Positions 46,840 through 59,972 are shown, counted from the first letter of the whole stretch. The stretch: 62,091 nt of DNA, filler included, from Globobulimina sp. (GCA_003354225.1; 28 parts of 28 records of this genome joined end to end with filler, not necessarily neighbours in it), one strand, 5' to 3'. Notes: generated from the sequence alone by a model not told the origin. Numbers and translations: made by a program.

Positions 46840-47435
46840 GTAGCCTTGTTGAATTAATGCAGGAATTAGGGAGTTAGCACTTGAAAAGTCGACGTTTAAA
46901 AATATGAATTTTTGCTTTGCAACAAGCAAACAGCTGTCCTTTAACATTTGTTACATTATAACCTGAATAGCAATTAGTATGAAAGGGCACGGATCGACTC
47001 AATGCCAACCATTTTAGTTCCTTTCTTGTCAATAACTGAGCAATATTCCATGTAAAAAATTGATCATGACTCACACTCATTATTTTCTCTTTATTTTCAA
47101 ACATTTGCATAGCATTTCTACCAACATTATTCTTGCAAATCTCATCATCTTTCCTGGCATTCCTCAATGTATTGGCTTTAAACTCATTCAAATGTAATGC
47201 TAGAAACACGGCTCCATTCTTGGCTAAAATCGGTTGGCATGATTTTTTTTATGTTGTCACATTTTCTTCAGAGACAAATGATCATGGCAACTCACAACGG
47301 TTCATCAGATTATCGAAATTATGCTATGCTAAACCTATTTACCTTCCATGTACGTTTTTTTGAGCTAGAGGGCTTCATTTTTTTTTTAATTCAAATAAAA
47401 TTACTTAAAGCATCAGCATCTTGCAGTCCAATCTA

Positions 47436-48775
47436 ATGCCCCTCTCGTTCCACACACGACGAGGTAAACCTCGTCTTGAATCACAGCACGAACATGCAAT
47501 GGTATCAACTCGTTTGAATCGCAACCTTCCACAACACAAACGATCCCAACTTGGTCAAATTAAACCAAATTTCTCATCCAACAGCTCAAACAAAAACAAG
47601 CAAAACCCAAACAAGAATAAGAAGAGGAATGAAATTTCAGAAGAAGAATTGTCCAAAAAAATGTGGAAAAATGTAGAAGTGAGCACATCGAAACCATTAA
47701 GCGCACCAATAATGTCCTCTTCGTTTGCCACTCGCTATCCTGAACAACGCGAGGCTTACATTCGAAAGTTGTTTCCGAGAATGGAGAAATTTTTGAAAAA
47801 ATATGGTATAAACATTGAAGCGATTTACAATCAGTGTTCATTGGTTGTTTCCAACACGAATAGGACCTGGGATCCCTACGCAATTATAAAGTCCCGAGAT
47901 ATGATACGCTTAATCGCAAGATATGTGCCATTCGAACATGCATCAAAAGTGATGAGTGATGATGTATTTTCTGACATTATCGAGATTGGAAAAACAAATG
48001 TTGCCAGGAATCAAGTCAAATTTATTCGGCGCAGATCGCGATTAATTGGGCCAAACGGTGTGACCTTGAGAGCCATTGAATTGTTGACAAAATGTTACAT
48101 ATTAGTGTATGGACGGACTGTTTGCTGCGTTGGTGATTACAAAGGAATGCGTTTGGTGAGAAGAATAGTGATGGATTGCATGAATAATATACATCCAATC
48201 TATCAACTTAAACGTTTGATGGTTCAGCAGGAATTATTGGCCAATCCCCAGTTAGCTCAGGTTTCGTGGGATCGATTTTTACCAAGTTTCAAGAAAAAAC
48301 AACGGCGTAAAAATACAAATCGACGCAGTGCCGATGGAACCTTTTTGAGTGTGAATCAAATCAAGAGATTGGCGACTCGCAAACGAAGAAAACAGAGCAA
48401 TAAATATACGCCGTGGCCACCTGCTCCAACACCGAGCAAAATTGATATTGCTTTGGAAAATGGTGCCTATTGGAATAAACAGTGGAGAATGGATAATCTG
48501 CGAAGAATGAGTGCGCAGGAAAAATATATGAAAAATAAAATGAAACAACAAAGAGAAATCTTAACCAAAAAAGAAACAGCCAAGAAAAAACAGAAAACAT
48601 TAAGGAGAATAAGAAAGGAAATGAAATTTATTGCGCCGAAAGAAAGGGACAGCCAAAAAACAACGAACAAATTAAGGCTTGGCGATAATGCGGATAAAGG
48701 CAATTGTATCGATGCACTGCATTTTAAAGAAAATTTAAACAAATTTAGCAATGATAAGAAACGCAAACAGTTTCA
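47436..48775 (+). CDS. KRR1: KRR1 small-subunit processome component, 3'-partial
   Basis: SSFAT..P..REAY, TWDPYAIIK.RD.I.L.AR.VP, RLIGPNG.TL.AIELLT.C, DCM.NIHPIY, YTP.PP....SKID..LE.G. Confidence 0.93.
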
Positions 48776-48942
48776 NNNNNNNNNNNNNNNNNNNNNNNNN
48801 NNNNNNNNNNNNNNNNNNNTTAATTAATTAANNNNNNNNNNNNNNNNNNNNNNNNNNNNNNNNNNNNNNNNNNNNGAGGATATCAACGGAACCAAACTAT
48901 ATCATCAACAGCAATCTGAATGAACAGTATAGCATTGAATCG

Positions 48943-50367
48943 ATGGCAACAATGAATTCAAAGTTTATCTCTCAAACAAGCAAACAAATCAAGAACAAAA
49001 TTGATACAAAAACTCAGACAATATTATCAAAGCTAAATCATTGTAAGGATATCAAATGTGTAATAAACACCATTTATGAAAATGACACCACGCATATCAG
49101 TGTTTATGCAAAAGCATTGCAACTTTGTCATAAATTCTCAGTATCATCAACAATTAATCAACACCATAACCACAAATACATTAAAACCATATTTAACATG
49201 ATTGAAAATGAAAACATCTCATTCAATATTTATTTTTTTAACATTTTATTTGATATTCTGAGCAAGACAAAGATTAAAAGCAACGACTTATTGTATTATT
49301 TTCAAAGAATGCATGCATTGAAAGATAGTCTGGATCTCAAACCAAATGCAATCACATTAGCGACATTGCTAAAATGTTGCCGTAAATGTGAGGACATTAA
49401 ACTTGCGGAAAAACTGTTGTTTTTATTAAAAGATATCGAATTCGATAAATATGTTATAAATGAATTGATTGCCATTTATGGAAATAATAAGCAAATTGAC
49501 AAAGCAATATTATATTTTGAGATGGAAGCAACACCAAACATCATTGCGTATGGATCAATGTTGAATGCCTACGCTCAAATTGGTGATATTAAAAACATAA
49601 AATTGATGATAACCAAAATGAGTAAGGATAAGAATTTAAAACAACAATTGACAAAATCAAGTGTTATATACACTGCATTGATGAAAGCATATTCAAATTG
49701 TACGCCGGCGAAACCTGACAAAATGTTATCTGTATTTGACATAATGGTGAATACAGATTGTAAGGTATTGGACGTTCACATTAATTTTAAAGCTGCAGCC
49801 TATAATAAGTTGATTATGGACGGGGTGGATTGTCACAAGTATTTACATAAATTATTGAATGAGTTACCAAAAGAAAGAGAGATTTATGTATCGTCGGTGA
49901 ATAAATATAATCAGATTTTAGCATCGCTGCAATTGAAAGGACTGATTGTTGCATATAATGACGATTTTGATTCAATTGTTCCAATCTTTGAGGAGAAATT
50001 AAAAAAACACATTGGATATTGGAGCTATATAAAATCGGGGAAATATGTTTTGGAGTTTTATGGTTTTACAGAGATAATTACTCGATTTATACTAAAGTAT
50101 ATCTTCAAATACCAAAAACAACAATTGTTGGATGCTCTGGATGAAAATGGCAATTTGCAAATATTTTGTGATGATGCGTTGCCAAATAAATACAAATCAA
50201 ATGATTCTGACCTGAAATTGCAAGAAAGTTCTCAATTGAAATATGTTATCAAACAAGAAATAGTTTCTTGGAACAAAGCTATAAATGTTGACATTGATCT
50301 TCATAATCCACACAAATTGATTGTTACAATGCAGCCAAACGTTTTGAGAGAAGTTGAAGACTCTTGA
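48943..50367 (+). CDS. Pentatricopeptide-repeat protein with possible degenerate SMR domain
   Basis: PNAITLATLLKCC, PNIIAYGSMLNAYAQIG and VIYTALMKAY repeats; C-terminal VLEFYGF...LQIFC. Confidence 0.85.
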   Translation: MATMNSKFISQTSKQIKNKIDTKTQTILSKLNHCKDIKCVINTIYENDTTHISVYAKALQLCHKFSVSSTINQHHNHKYIKTIFNMIENENISFNIYFFNILFDILSKTKIKSNDLLYYFQRMHALKDSLDLKPNAITLATLLKCCRKCEDIKLAEKLLFLLKDIEFDKYVINELIAIYGNNKQIDKAILYFEMEATPNIIAYGSMLNAYAQIGDIKNIKLMITKMSKDKNLKQQLTKSSVIYTALMKAYSNCTPAKPDKMLSVFDIMVNTDCKVLDVHINFKAAAYNKLIMDGVDCHKYLHKLLNELPKEREIYVSSVNKYNQILASLQLKGLIVAYNDDFDSIVPIFEEKLKKHIGYWSYIKSGKYVLEFYGFTEIITRFILKYIFKYQKQQLLDALDENGNLQIFCDDALPNKYKSNDSDLKLQESSQLKYVIKQEIVSWNKAINVDIDLHNPHKLIVTMQPNVLREVEDS

Positions 50368-50431
50368 AATGACATTATTCAATTTTTAGTGATACTGAAT
50401 CTAAGAGAAAACAAAAGGAGAAAGTGTCGTG

Positions 50432-50995
50432 TCATGCATGCCATAGACTATAAAGCATAAAGTTGAGATTAATATTTGATTTCTTTCCTTCTTTTTCTTT
50501 TGCTTTTATTCCTTGATTACACATTAAACATATTTTATCATTATAATCATTGGAAAATGAACAAATGTTACAATGCCATTTCTGTGTTGCTGCTGATTTC
50601 ATTTCTTCTTTTCTTTCGACATCAAATACCGCATTTTTATTATTTGCTTTATTCTTTTTATTATTTGATAATAATATTTTTGTGTTGCTCCTTCCGAGCG
50701 TTATGCCAATCACTTCGAAGTTAATATATTTATTAATAATAATTGGTTTATCTGTGGATGCATCGTATGTGGATATTATACATTGATTAAAATAATTACG
50801 TCCAAAGAGATATATGTCATTATTTTCAGTGATTGCGGCGGAATGAAAATCACCGCATAATATCTGTCTTATTTTTCTATCTTTCAAACTATCCACTTTT
50901 TTAGGTCCTGTTATTGCCGAACTTGAATATCCATGGCCACATTCACCGTAACCATTGTACACAAATGTAAATATATTGCCATTGGAACCCAATAA
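50432..50995 (-). CDS. RCC1-repeat protein with RanBP2-type zinc finger, partial
   Basis: N.YG.CG.G, ILCGDFHS, YLFGRNYFNQC; WHCNICSFSN......CLMC. Confidence 0.8.
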   Translation of the reverse strand, partial: LLGSNGNIFTFVYNGYGECGHGYSSSAITGPKKVDSLKDRKIRQILCGDFHSAAITENNDIYLFGRNYFNQCIISTYDASTDKPIIINKYINFEVIGITLGRSNTKILLSNNKKNKANNKNAVFDVERKEEMKSAATQKWHCNICSFSNDYNDKICLMCNQGIKAKEKEGKKSNINLNFMLYSLWHA

Positions 50996-51095
50996 NNNNN
51001 NNNNNNNNNNNNNNNNNNNNNNNNNNNNNNNNNNNNNNNTTAATTAATTAANNNNNNNNNNNNNNNNNNNNNNNNNNNNNNNNNNNNNNNNNNNN

Positions 51096-52034
51096 TATTG
51101 GTCATGGTTTACCGGCGGAGATCCAACGCACGGATATGGTTTGTATACATTATAAAAAACAAAACATAAAAACTAACAAAACAATAAATATACACAGTAC
51201 ATTATGTAGATAAAGGTACGGCGCAGTCAAAGGGTTACATCAAAGCGCAAAGCGGGCAACAATACATCGGCTGTGACAATAAAAATGTTGCGAGTGGCAG
51301 TGGGAGAGATTCTGTTCGAGTCACTTCAAAACCATCGTACAATGGCGGCTTATTTATATTATATTTATCCCATATGCCGACAGGATGCGGTACGTGGCCG
51401 GCATGGTTTGTTACGCCTTCATCTACAAATAAACAGACATCTATTCACGTAGTTGCTGATTAGGTGGACTGTGGGACCAAACTCGCCGAGTGGCGGCGAA
51501 ATCGATATTATTGAAGAAGTAGACGTAGCCACGAGAGACGCCACGACGTTGCATACAAATCCCGGCTGTGATATGACCAATGCGCCTAAAAATTATTCAG
51601 GACAGACCGGTGCCACAAATTGCTATTCGGCGCAAAACATCGGCTGCGGCATAACGTGTACGAACGCAAATTCATTTGGCGCAGCTTTTAATAGTCGCAA
51701 TGGCGGCTTGTATGCCATGGAATGGACCGCCAGAAGTATCCAAATGTGGATGTGGAGTGAGGGCTCGATCCCAAACACGGCAAAATCAGATAATCCGGAT
51801 ACGAGTCAGTTTGGTAAACCTTACGCTCAATTTTATTTTGGAACTTGGTGTCCAACTTCGCATTTTAAGAATCACCAAGTTGTGTTTGATTTGACTTTTT
51901 GCGGGGATTGGGATGGCGCGGTATTTGGCAAAGATTGTCCTGGCAAAGGAAGTTGCAATGATTATGTCAAAAATAATCCATCTGCCTTCAGAGAAGCATA
52001 TTGGAATATTCATTTTATGAAAGTGTTTCAATAA
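51096..52034 (+). CDS. Glycoside hydrolase family 16 (Lam16A-like endo-1,3(4)-beta-glucanase); introns 51139..51197 and 51406..51463; 5'-partial
   Basis: DPTHGYV.YVD, GRDSVR..SK, HMPTGCGTWPAWW, catalytic EIDIIE, TFCGDW. Confidence 0.95.
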
Positions 52035-52200
52035 ATTTAATTTGTAACATTGTAAATTATTTTTAAATTTATACGCAGTCATTTAGACATAATACAAAAC
52101 GAAATAAGCAACTTATTCTGTTTCAGTTTGTAAATATACACCGAGCGTTATAGAGTGCGAGAATATAAAACTGAGGCTACTCAAACAGCAAATTATTTAA

Positions 52201-53090
52201 TGGCCCACATACACAGTGATATTCAAAGCTGGATGGAAGAGATAGAGATTAATGGCAGACACTTACAACAAACTCACATTGAATGGCTTTCGCACAATAA
52301 ATCAATTCAAATTAATTGAATCGGATGAAATTATGGAAACGGCAAAAGAAATGAATATCATATTAGCAGACCGATTCGCTTTAAAAAAAAGCAAGACAAA
52401 CACTGCAACAAATACCTCATCATACAATTGAATCAAAAGGTAGCTCCAAAAAGGATGAAACTCAAATAATGTCTGTAATAAACAAAAACATTGCTGAACT
52501 TGCTGAAAATTCCAAAAACAGTGCAAATATAATCAATACTACCTTTGATGGTTTGATTGAAAACGCAAATAAACGAAGAAATGAATTATTACAACAGTTA
52601 CAAAATATAACCAAAGCCAAAGGGAACAAATTATTGCATCAAAAACAAACGTTTAAGGCTCAACATTCCGAGTTCAAAATAGCAACAAGTCCGTCTGTAT
52701 CAATCATATTAAATGACATTGATAATATTATGACCAAATTATCAAATTTCGGTGCCATATTCGATGATGATATACCATTGCCACCAAGCGTTAGTATCAC
52801 AGACATTGTTTCCGACTCAGCAACAATAACAATCACAGAAGAAAAACAAGCATATAATCCAGTGATTGAATATAAATTGCAATATGTTTATGTTACTGGT
52901 GTTGATATCGATTCATTCGACGGTGTTGATGATATGAAACTAAATTGGAATTCTGTCTTATTGGCACATGATACACCGTGTCAACATCAGATGCAATCAT
53001 TGAAACCCGAACAATATTGGATTCGCATTGCTTCTCGCAATAATTTTGCATGAGTAAGTTTTCAAAAATATATGTTTTCAAAACAAAATG
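52201..53090 (+). pseudogene. SAM-like + coiled-coil + fibronectin type III protein with frameshifts
   Basis: WPTYSDIQSWMEEIEIN and YNKLTLNGFRTINQFKLI...ADRFALKK are in different frames; FN3 end RIASRNNF continues as MSKFSKIYVFKT only after a 1-nt shift. Confidence 0.65.
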
Positions 53091-53700
53091 GATGTTATTT
53101 GATATTTGCGATGAAAAATGTATGCATATGCACGTGAGCATATGATATTAAATAAAGGTGCTGTTGTCAAACGTGGTCAAGATACGCATAGTTATATATT
53201 GTTTGCGTGTTCCACNNNNNNNNNNNNNNNNNNNNNNNNNNNNNNNNNNNNNNNNNNNNTTAATTAATTAANNNNNNNNNNNNNNNNNNNNNNNNNNNNN
53301 NNNNNNNNNNNNNNNAACTGACTAGTCTAGCTGTGACCTCCTAGGAAACCTCAACCCTGATTTCCACAGTAATGATTTCCAACCGTCTTCTTCTTTTACA
53401 TCATTTTTATTTTCTTTCATATATGTTATCATTTATTTTGTATATTGTAATTGAGGATCTTCAAACTATGCATTAATATTTTAACTTTTACAAAAAAATA
53501 GAGTATTATTTGCATTGAATTTTTATTGACATAGACATAAATTGATTCTTTAACATAAATTGGTTGTAGGTTATCACAACATCACTTTAATATTGGTTAC
53601 ATATATGCAGATTAAGTCGCAATCTGGTGGTGGTGGACTGGACCCTGATGCATTTCGTATTTGCTCAGTATTTCACGTCCAGTTTTTTTGAGTAACCAGC

Positions 53701-55434
53701 ATGTTACACCAACCACAAAACCTGAGAAGGGTGCATAGACAGTCTCATACAGCACCAGCACCCTCATCCACAGCCCATACAACAAACAACCGCGATGACC
53801 ACGATCCAAACAGTAAAGCCAAGGACGGCCCCATAAAAGTGATCTTATCGTTATTTGGTCTCTTAGTCGTTGTATTTATTATGTTTTCAGTCTTCCAGCC
53901 TAACAAAAATAGCCCACCCGATCGGCCAAAACTGAAAGTATTTTATGATAAACAACAATTTAGACAACAACATGACAATAATGAACAATTACAATTAAAT
54001 GATATCGATAAAGAAAACAAAGACGCTGCCGAAGAATCAGAAAATGAATCAGATCATAATATGAATCCATTCAATCAAGAATACGCTGTAAAAATAAAGT
54101 TATTTCCTATATATAACACATTCAACACATCATAATATTAAAATATTACAGCGATGATTCAAAAAGCAGCGACTCAGAGTCTGCTGACATACAATTTATT
54201 GACAGTGGAGCAAAAGAAGCTGACTTTTTGTTTAAGCTTGAAGATCATGACGAATTTGAAGATTTGCTTGAATTCGAAGATTTATATGCAACCAAATCAA
54301 ACCCTCCACGCCCACCAAAATCCATCTATATCTCGGATGTATCACAGGATGATATTGACTCATTTTGGACCGATGATATGCACGAAAATGATCTATTTTC
54401 CTCTGCAAATATACCCTCATTGGACAGTACCGGACAGATTTATGTGATGAATTATATTTTCTTACCTTATGAACAGATGATAAGTATTTTTTTATTAACT
54501 TCTGAATATTTGGACCCCAATCATGGTTTACATGCATGGCCCAGTAAACAACGGAGAGCTGATTTGCCAGATTCATATAAAAATATCCGGCAAACTATCT
54601 ACAAAGAATACAAACAGGTCACTCCAACGTTTGCTTGCGTATTTACAGTGAATGATAATATATGGATCTCTGCAGTTGATTTTGTCCCAAATAATACTAC
54701 GCGAGATCGCTATGTCAATTACGGGACAGAAATATTACGTTGTCATGTACCAATGGGTGAAATTCATAGCTTTTCAGCTGCAGCAAATAATACATCACCA
54801 TTTTACAAGGAAGAATATGAATTTTCCTTTTTATTTACACAGCGTTGGGGAGAGTTAATAGACAGTGATAGTGACAGCGCTGCAGCGGATAATTTAGTAC
54901 ATGTTTCATTATCATTTGTAATGGGCGAGAGGTCCGGTGTGAAATTGTATGGCTATGACTCGTCATTTATGTACAAAAAAGCCAACCAAAAGCGATATTT
55001 AACGTTATGCATGCCACCGATCAGTGAGCCGTTAGCTTTTTTGTCTGAAAATATTGTGCATTACTTTAGCAACATCGGAATTGAACATATTTATATTGCG
55101 ACTTTTTTCCAATACAATTTAGTGGAGGAATACAGAGCTTTGTTGATGGATAAGTTACAGCCATATTATGACTTGGGTTTGGTGACGATTTGGCCGCATG
55201 AACAGCCTTGGATTGATTTCACGGATAAAGCAAAATCGCATTGGTTGAACCAATGTTTATATTATGTCAAATCGCGGGATGACTACACGTTGTCATGTGA
55301 TGTGGATGAGTTTTTAGTGGCGAATCAGATTGAAAGTGTATATCACAAATATTCGGAATCATTGGATGACAGTGGACAGCAGGTTGTCGCGATGTTAGCG
55401 GCTGTCCGTCCAGCCTTCGACCGCCTCGGCGGCT
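53701..55434 (+). CDS. Type II membrane GT-A glycosyltransferase, GT92/DUF23-like; intron 54099..54151; 3'-partial
   Basis: N-terminal TM, acidic stem, YLTLC...E.I.HY...GIEHIYI, N.CLY......Y....DVDEF. Confidence 0.8.
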
Positions 55435-55837
55435 NNNNNNNNNNNNNNNNNNNNNNNNNNNNNNNNNNNNNNNNNNNNTTAATTAATTAANNNNNNNNNN
55501 NNNNNNNNNNNNNNNNNNNNNNNNNNNNNNNNNNTAATTCCGGATCTCCTGGTTCTTCTTTGTTAGTTGACTTTGCTATTAGTGCCATGCTGTTTATAAT
55601 GTATTCAAAAAGTTTTTTCTTTCCGAATGCCTATATATATATCGAATATTTTGGATAATTATGCTGCATTGGATCAAAACAACATTATATATCAAACTGG
55701 ATTGGTAGTTGTGTATTATAGACAACGAACAAAAAATAACATTGAAGAAAATATAAGAAAACTGTATATTAAAATAACTAAACATACACATATATAGCAC
55801 TGAGGAAATCATAATTAATTCTATACATCGTTAAAAA

Positions 55838-57007
55838 TCACTGTTTCAATCTAACCATCTTAATATTTGGTAAACGAAATTGTTGTGTTTTGCCATCAAA
55901 TTTAACTTTTAATGTTTTAAGAAATTTAATAACTTCCAATACCTCGCCATCAACCCATTGCTTTTTACCCTGACTCCAAACCTTAACAATCATCTCCTTT
56001 TCATAGTTATTTATATCATCACTGCCTTGAGGAACAACACCATCTTCATATTCAATCACTGTTTTTTTGACTGCTTTGGGTGACACAGATTTACCAACAT
56101 AATGCTCCGAATCCTCATCATCAAAATATGCATATTTGGTCTTCACCCCATCATTGCCTCCCTTTCCCATTGGACCTCTTCTCTTTTTATTAACATCCTC
56201 CTTTCTCTCCGTTTTCTCCTTCTTATTACCCTTCCAACTCCATTCGCGTTGCCCCAACTCTTTCATTTCATCATTGTACTGTTTTTGAGATTGTTCAATT
56301 TGCGATTTTGTGAAGAGCCCTCCCTTATATTTCTTCTCTTTGACCACAACCATTTTGTTTGAAGTTACTGTCTGCGGTTTTGATTCGGGCAAAGCATCCG
56401 TTCCCATCACTTTCTTAGCCATGGTGGTAAAGGTGAACTGAACCGGAGCAGTCGAGGTTGGCGTCATACCTTTTTACAATAATTGCAATTGTTATAACAC
56501 ATTTGTACAATATATATACAGTATATGCATACCAATCATTTTTGTATTTTTGTTTAGAGCGGTTGTAACATCTTCATTTGTGGCTTTATTCCAACATTTC
56601 TTATTAACATAAGCAGCACCACGCGATGGACATTTGTTTATATTTATTTTCGATTCATCCAATCCATATAGATATTCCTCTGTATTTTGGAAAACAGTCC
56701 ATTTGGCTTCCTTTGACTGGGTGGCAGCGGTAAATATAATTCTTAAATGAAGTAAACCCTGCAATTTTTTGAGTATTTCTCGAATGGTTGTAGCTGTCGT
56801 CCATTCTTTACAATGTTTTACTAATTGTTTACCAATAAAGCCTTCAGCTGGTTCGCCTGTTGCATTTACGTACACTTTGATTTTGTTTAAACTGTTATTT
56901 TTAGGTAATGTTATAGTTAATGCCGCTGCAAAATCCATTAATTCTTGCTCATTTATACCGCCTTTGGGTTGGGGGATTGGTGTTTGTGGCTGATACTGTG
57001 ACGACAT
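55838..57007 (-). CDS. DEP-like domain plus C-terminal Tudor/SH3-like barrel; intron 56470..56532
   Basis: FIGKQLV.........E....LQGLL....I........F.....LY; VKVWSQGKKQWVDGEV......LKVKF. Confidence 0.65.
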
Positions 57008-57151
57008 GATTGGTAGTCTTTTTCTAAACTAACTCAAGCCTTAAGGATTTATTTCCGCAATTTTAAATCTTAACAATAAATAATCATAATAAGTAAATAT
57101 AAATAATTACAAATAATAAATTGTATGCTTTAAATTGTATAACAGTACTAA

Positions 57152-57653
57152 TTAAACAGGTTCATGGCGCTGAACATTTTCATATGACTCTGCATCCTTT
57201 GAAATGATTCGTGCCGTTTCATAAATACGCACAAAAAAACAAATTAAAAAACATGGCACTAGCAATCCAATAATATAATAATATTGTTTTGCTAAAATAA
57301 AATATACCAAATACCATATTGTACCAACAATACCAATGAAAATTGTAATTAATAGTAAACATGCTTGGCATTGCCATAAGCCAATAAAACCAAATATATT
57401 AAATATACAAATGATAAATTGCACAGTCAAAGTTGCTATGGCTACTCCACGAGTCACTCCATAATCTTGTAAAACTTCTCTTGCGTCACATTCTTCCATT
57501 ATACCATCGTTATTTTGATCACATGGCCATGGCACGGTATCATATGGTGAATATAACGCAAATACCATCAATGCAAACCATAATATTAAAAGAAGATTAA
57601 GTAATAACCACACTAATAACCAAAGATTTGCAAAACAAAATGCATTGCAACAA
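57152..57653 (-). CDS. Four-TM membrane protein, 5'-partial
   Basis: Four hydrophobic helices with a Cys-flanked loop. Confidence 0.65.
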
Positions 57654-58387
57654 NNNNNNNNNNNNNNNNNNNNNNNNNNNNNNNNNNNNNNNNNNNNTTA
57701 ATTAATTAANNNNNNNNNNNNNNNNNNNNNNNNNNNNNNNNNNNNNNNNNNNNTCCCTACAACTTGTATAGCGATTTCAAATAAGAGTTACTCGTATTGT
57801 TACTATTGAATTACAACATAACAAAATACTCATAAAAACCCCCAAAACCACGAAAAATAATACAAATAAAAAAAAAATAATAAAATGAAAAAATAGGACA
57901 AGAAAAACATAAAAAATAAAACCACACACGATTGATAAAAAATATTTGTGATATAAATATAATCAAAAAAAAAATATAATATATCGGAATGTCAATATAA
58001 ATGTCATTATAAAAAATTAATTGGGAATTTAATTAAATTAAATGGAGATTTAACAACAATATCACATCCATTTGATTGATCAATACATTTATAATTGTAA
58101 ATTGGTTGTGATTTTTTGGATAATTCCATAAAATTCATGTCCATTAACAAAATTGTATTATCACTCATATACGATATCATATCCTATATACGTACAAAAT
58201 AAATAAATAAGTATGAACATGGAAAACAGTTAAAAACAGACACTAAACATCATCAGAAAACATCATATTGTTTGATTGCATATTGGTTTGCAACAATTTA
58301 TCAGTTTCATTGCTTATTACAGAGTCAACCGAATTATTGCCATCAGACTGTTATTTATATAAATCAAAATACAAAAGCGTTTCTACT

Positions 58388-59029
58388 TTAATATATATAC
58401 ATATTTGGTACCTGGTAATCATCCATTTCATGATCAATTGCTGCCATACAATATTGCCATTCATCATTATGTATATTATTATTATTATTACTTTTGGTTA
58501 AAAGTGGTGTATTATTTATATTTATATTTGTATCCTCAGAGTTGCTCTCAGCGATTGGAGACAATAAATTTTGTATTGGCGCATTAGGAATAATAGGAAA
58601 CGATACATTGACGGCCTGAGCTGATAAATTGCTCGATGTAGATGCTGAGGTTGACATTGATGGCATTAAATATGGCATTTCATCATTTATCTCATCATCA
58701 TCACTAAGGTCAAATGATAATCGTTTTGATAGTCTTTTGGATAATCGTTTTTCAGTGTGATTTTTAATATTTTTGCAGTGTTTTAATAAATTTAAGTCCC
58801 TTTTTAATGAATGTATCTGTTGTTTTAATCGAAGGTTCTCCGATCTACAATCTACGATTTGTTTGGATTTTTTATCCAATAATTTATCTTTGAATAAAAG
58901 CTGTTTTTTTAATTGTTTGTTTTGTGTTTTACAGATTTTTAATTCATTATCCAAAGGTGACGTATTAGCTAAGTTATGAAATAATGGATTAAATTTTGTA
59001 TCAAAATCACTTTGGTTCATTGACTTCAT
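58388..59029 (-). CDS. Coiled-coil protein, first exon; further exons likely downstream
   Basis: Heptad-rich LKKQL...ENLRLKQQIHSLK; low-complexity tail. Confidence 0.55.
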   Translation of the reverse strand: MKSMNQSDFDTKFNPLFHNLANTSPLDNELKICKTQNKQLKKQLLFKDKLLDKKSKQIVDCRSENLRLKQQIHSLKRDLNLLKHCKNIKNHTEKRLSKRLSKRLSFDLSDDDEINDEMPYLMPSMSTSASTSSNLSAQAVNVSFPIIPNAPIQNLLSPIAESNSEDTNININNTPLLTKSNNNNNIHNDEWQYCMAAIDHEMDDYQVPNMYIY

Positions 59030-59442
59030 ATATAATTAATCAATTTTGTTGCATGAAACATTCAGTTCGTTGACATGCTTTTTTTTGTGCTTGTGATACT
59101 GAGGCACAACTGAGTTGAACCATGTGTTCGACAGAAAACCCCACCCTCACATGGGAGTAGAAATCCTGTCACCAAAAACACGTTACCTCTCGGAACTCAT
59201 CCTTGAGTTGGGTAAAATTCTTTATCTTTGGTGGAAATTCTTAAGTTGTGCATGCATCGGGAAAACGGGAAAAAAATTGGAATTAATTGGGCTGGGAATG
59301 TCAAAAAACATTCAAAAATTGGAATGTATGGAGCAGCTGATGTTTCATTGTATACGGCATTGTATATCGATCAATATCATAATTATCATAATTGATATTT
59401 CTGGATATAATTGTCGATATTTATATTAAAATTAACTACATA

Positions 59443-59872
59443 ATGAGCAGTATTTGGTATGCTTGGTTAAGGAAACGTAAGCAGAGAAAAGAAAGTAAAA
59501 TTGCAATTGAGGAAGCATCTCACATTCGACCTGAATCAATATCCGCTGAATATGACCATGGCGCTGATGAAGAAAAAGCCACACAGTTATTCAAAACATT
59601 CGCAATGCAAACAATACCAGGCACTGAATCTATAATATCAGGAAGACACTGGCTAGTTCGACACAAAGTGAATCAAGATCGATCAACCATGATTCCAGTA
59701 TTACCACATACTTCTGACGAAGCTGCTTTATTTGCTGTGTTTGATGGCCATGGCTCGGGAGGACATGTTGTCAGCGAACATTTATGCAAGAAAATGCCTC
59801 TTTTTTTTTCAAAGAATAAAAACTGGGCAGAGAATAAAAATCAATCTCTAAGTGATTGCTTTGTTTATCTTA
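59443..59872 (+). CDS. PP2C/PPM protein phosphatase, 3'-partial
   Basis: NQD and LFAVFDGHG..GH.VS motifs. Confidence 0.9.
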
Positions 59873-59972
59873 NNNNNNNNNNNNNNNNNNNNNNNNNNNN
59901 NNNNNNNNNNNNNNNNTTAATTAATTAANNNNNNNNNNNNNNNNNNNNNNNNNNNNNNNNNNNNNNNNNNNN

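Noticed and set aside
46732-47436. Short ORFs upstream of KRR1 as a transposase
   Set aside because: No DDE or other recognisable motif; fragmented in all frames
2124-59972. Regularly spaced TTAATTAATTAA palindromes as a CRISPR-like or biological array
   Set aside because: They are embedded in fixed N-runs and are a synthetic six-frame-stop linker
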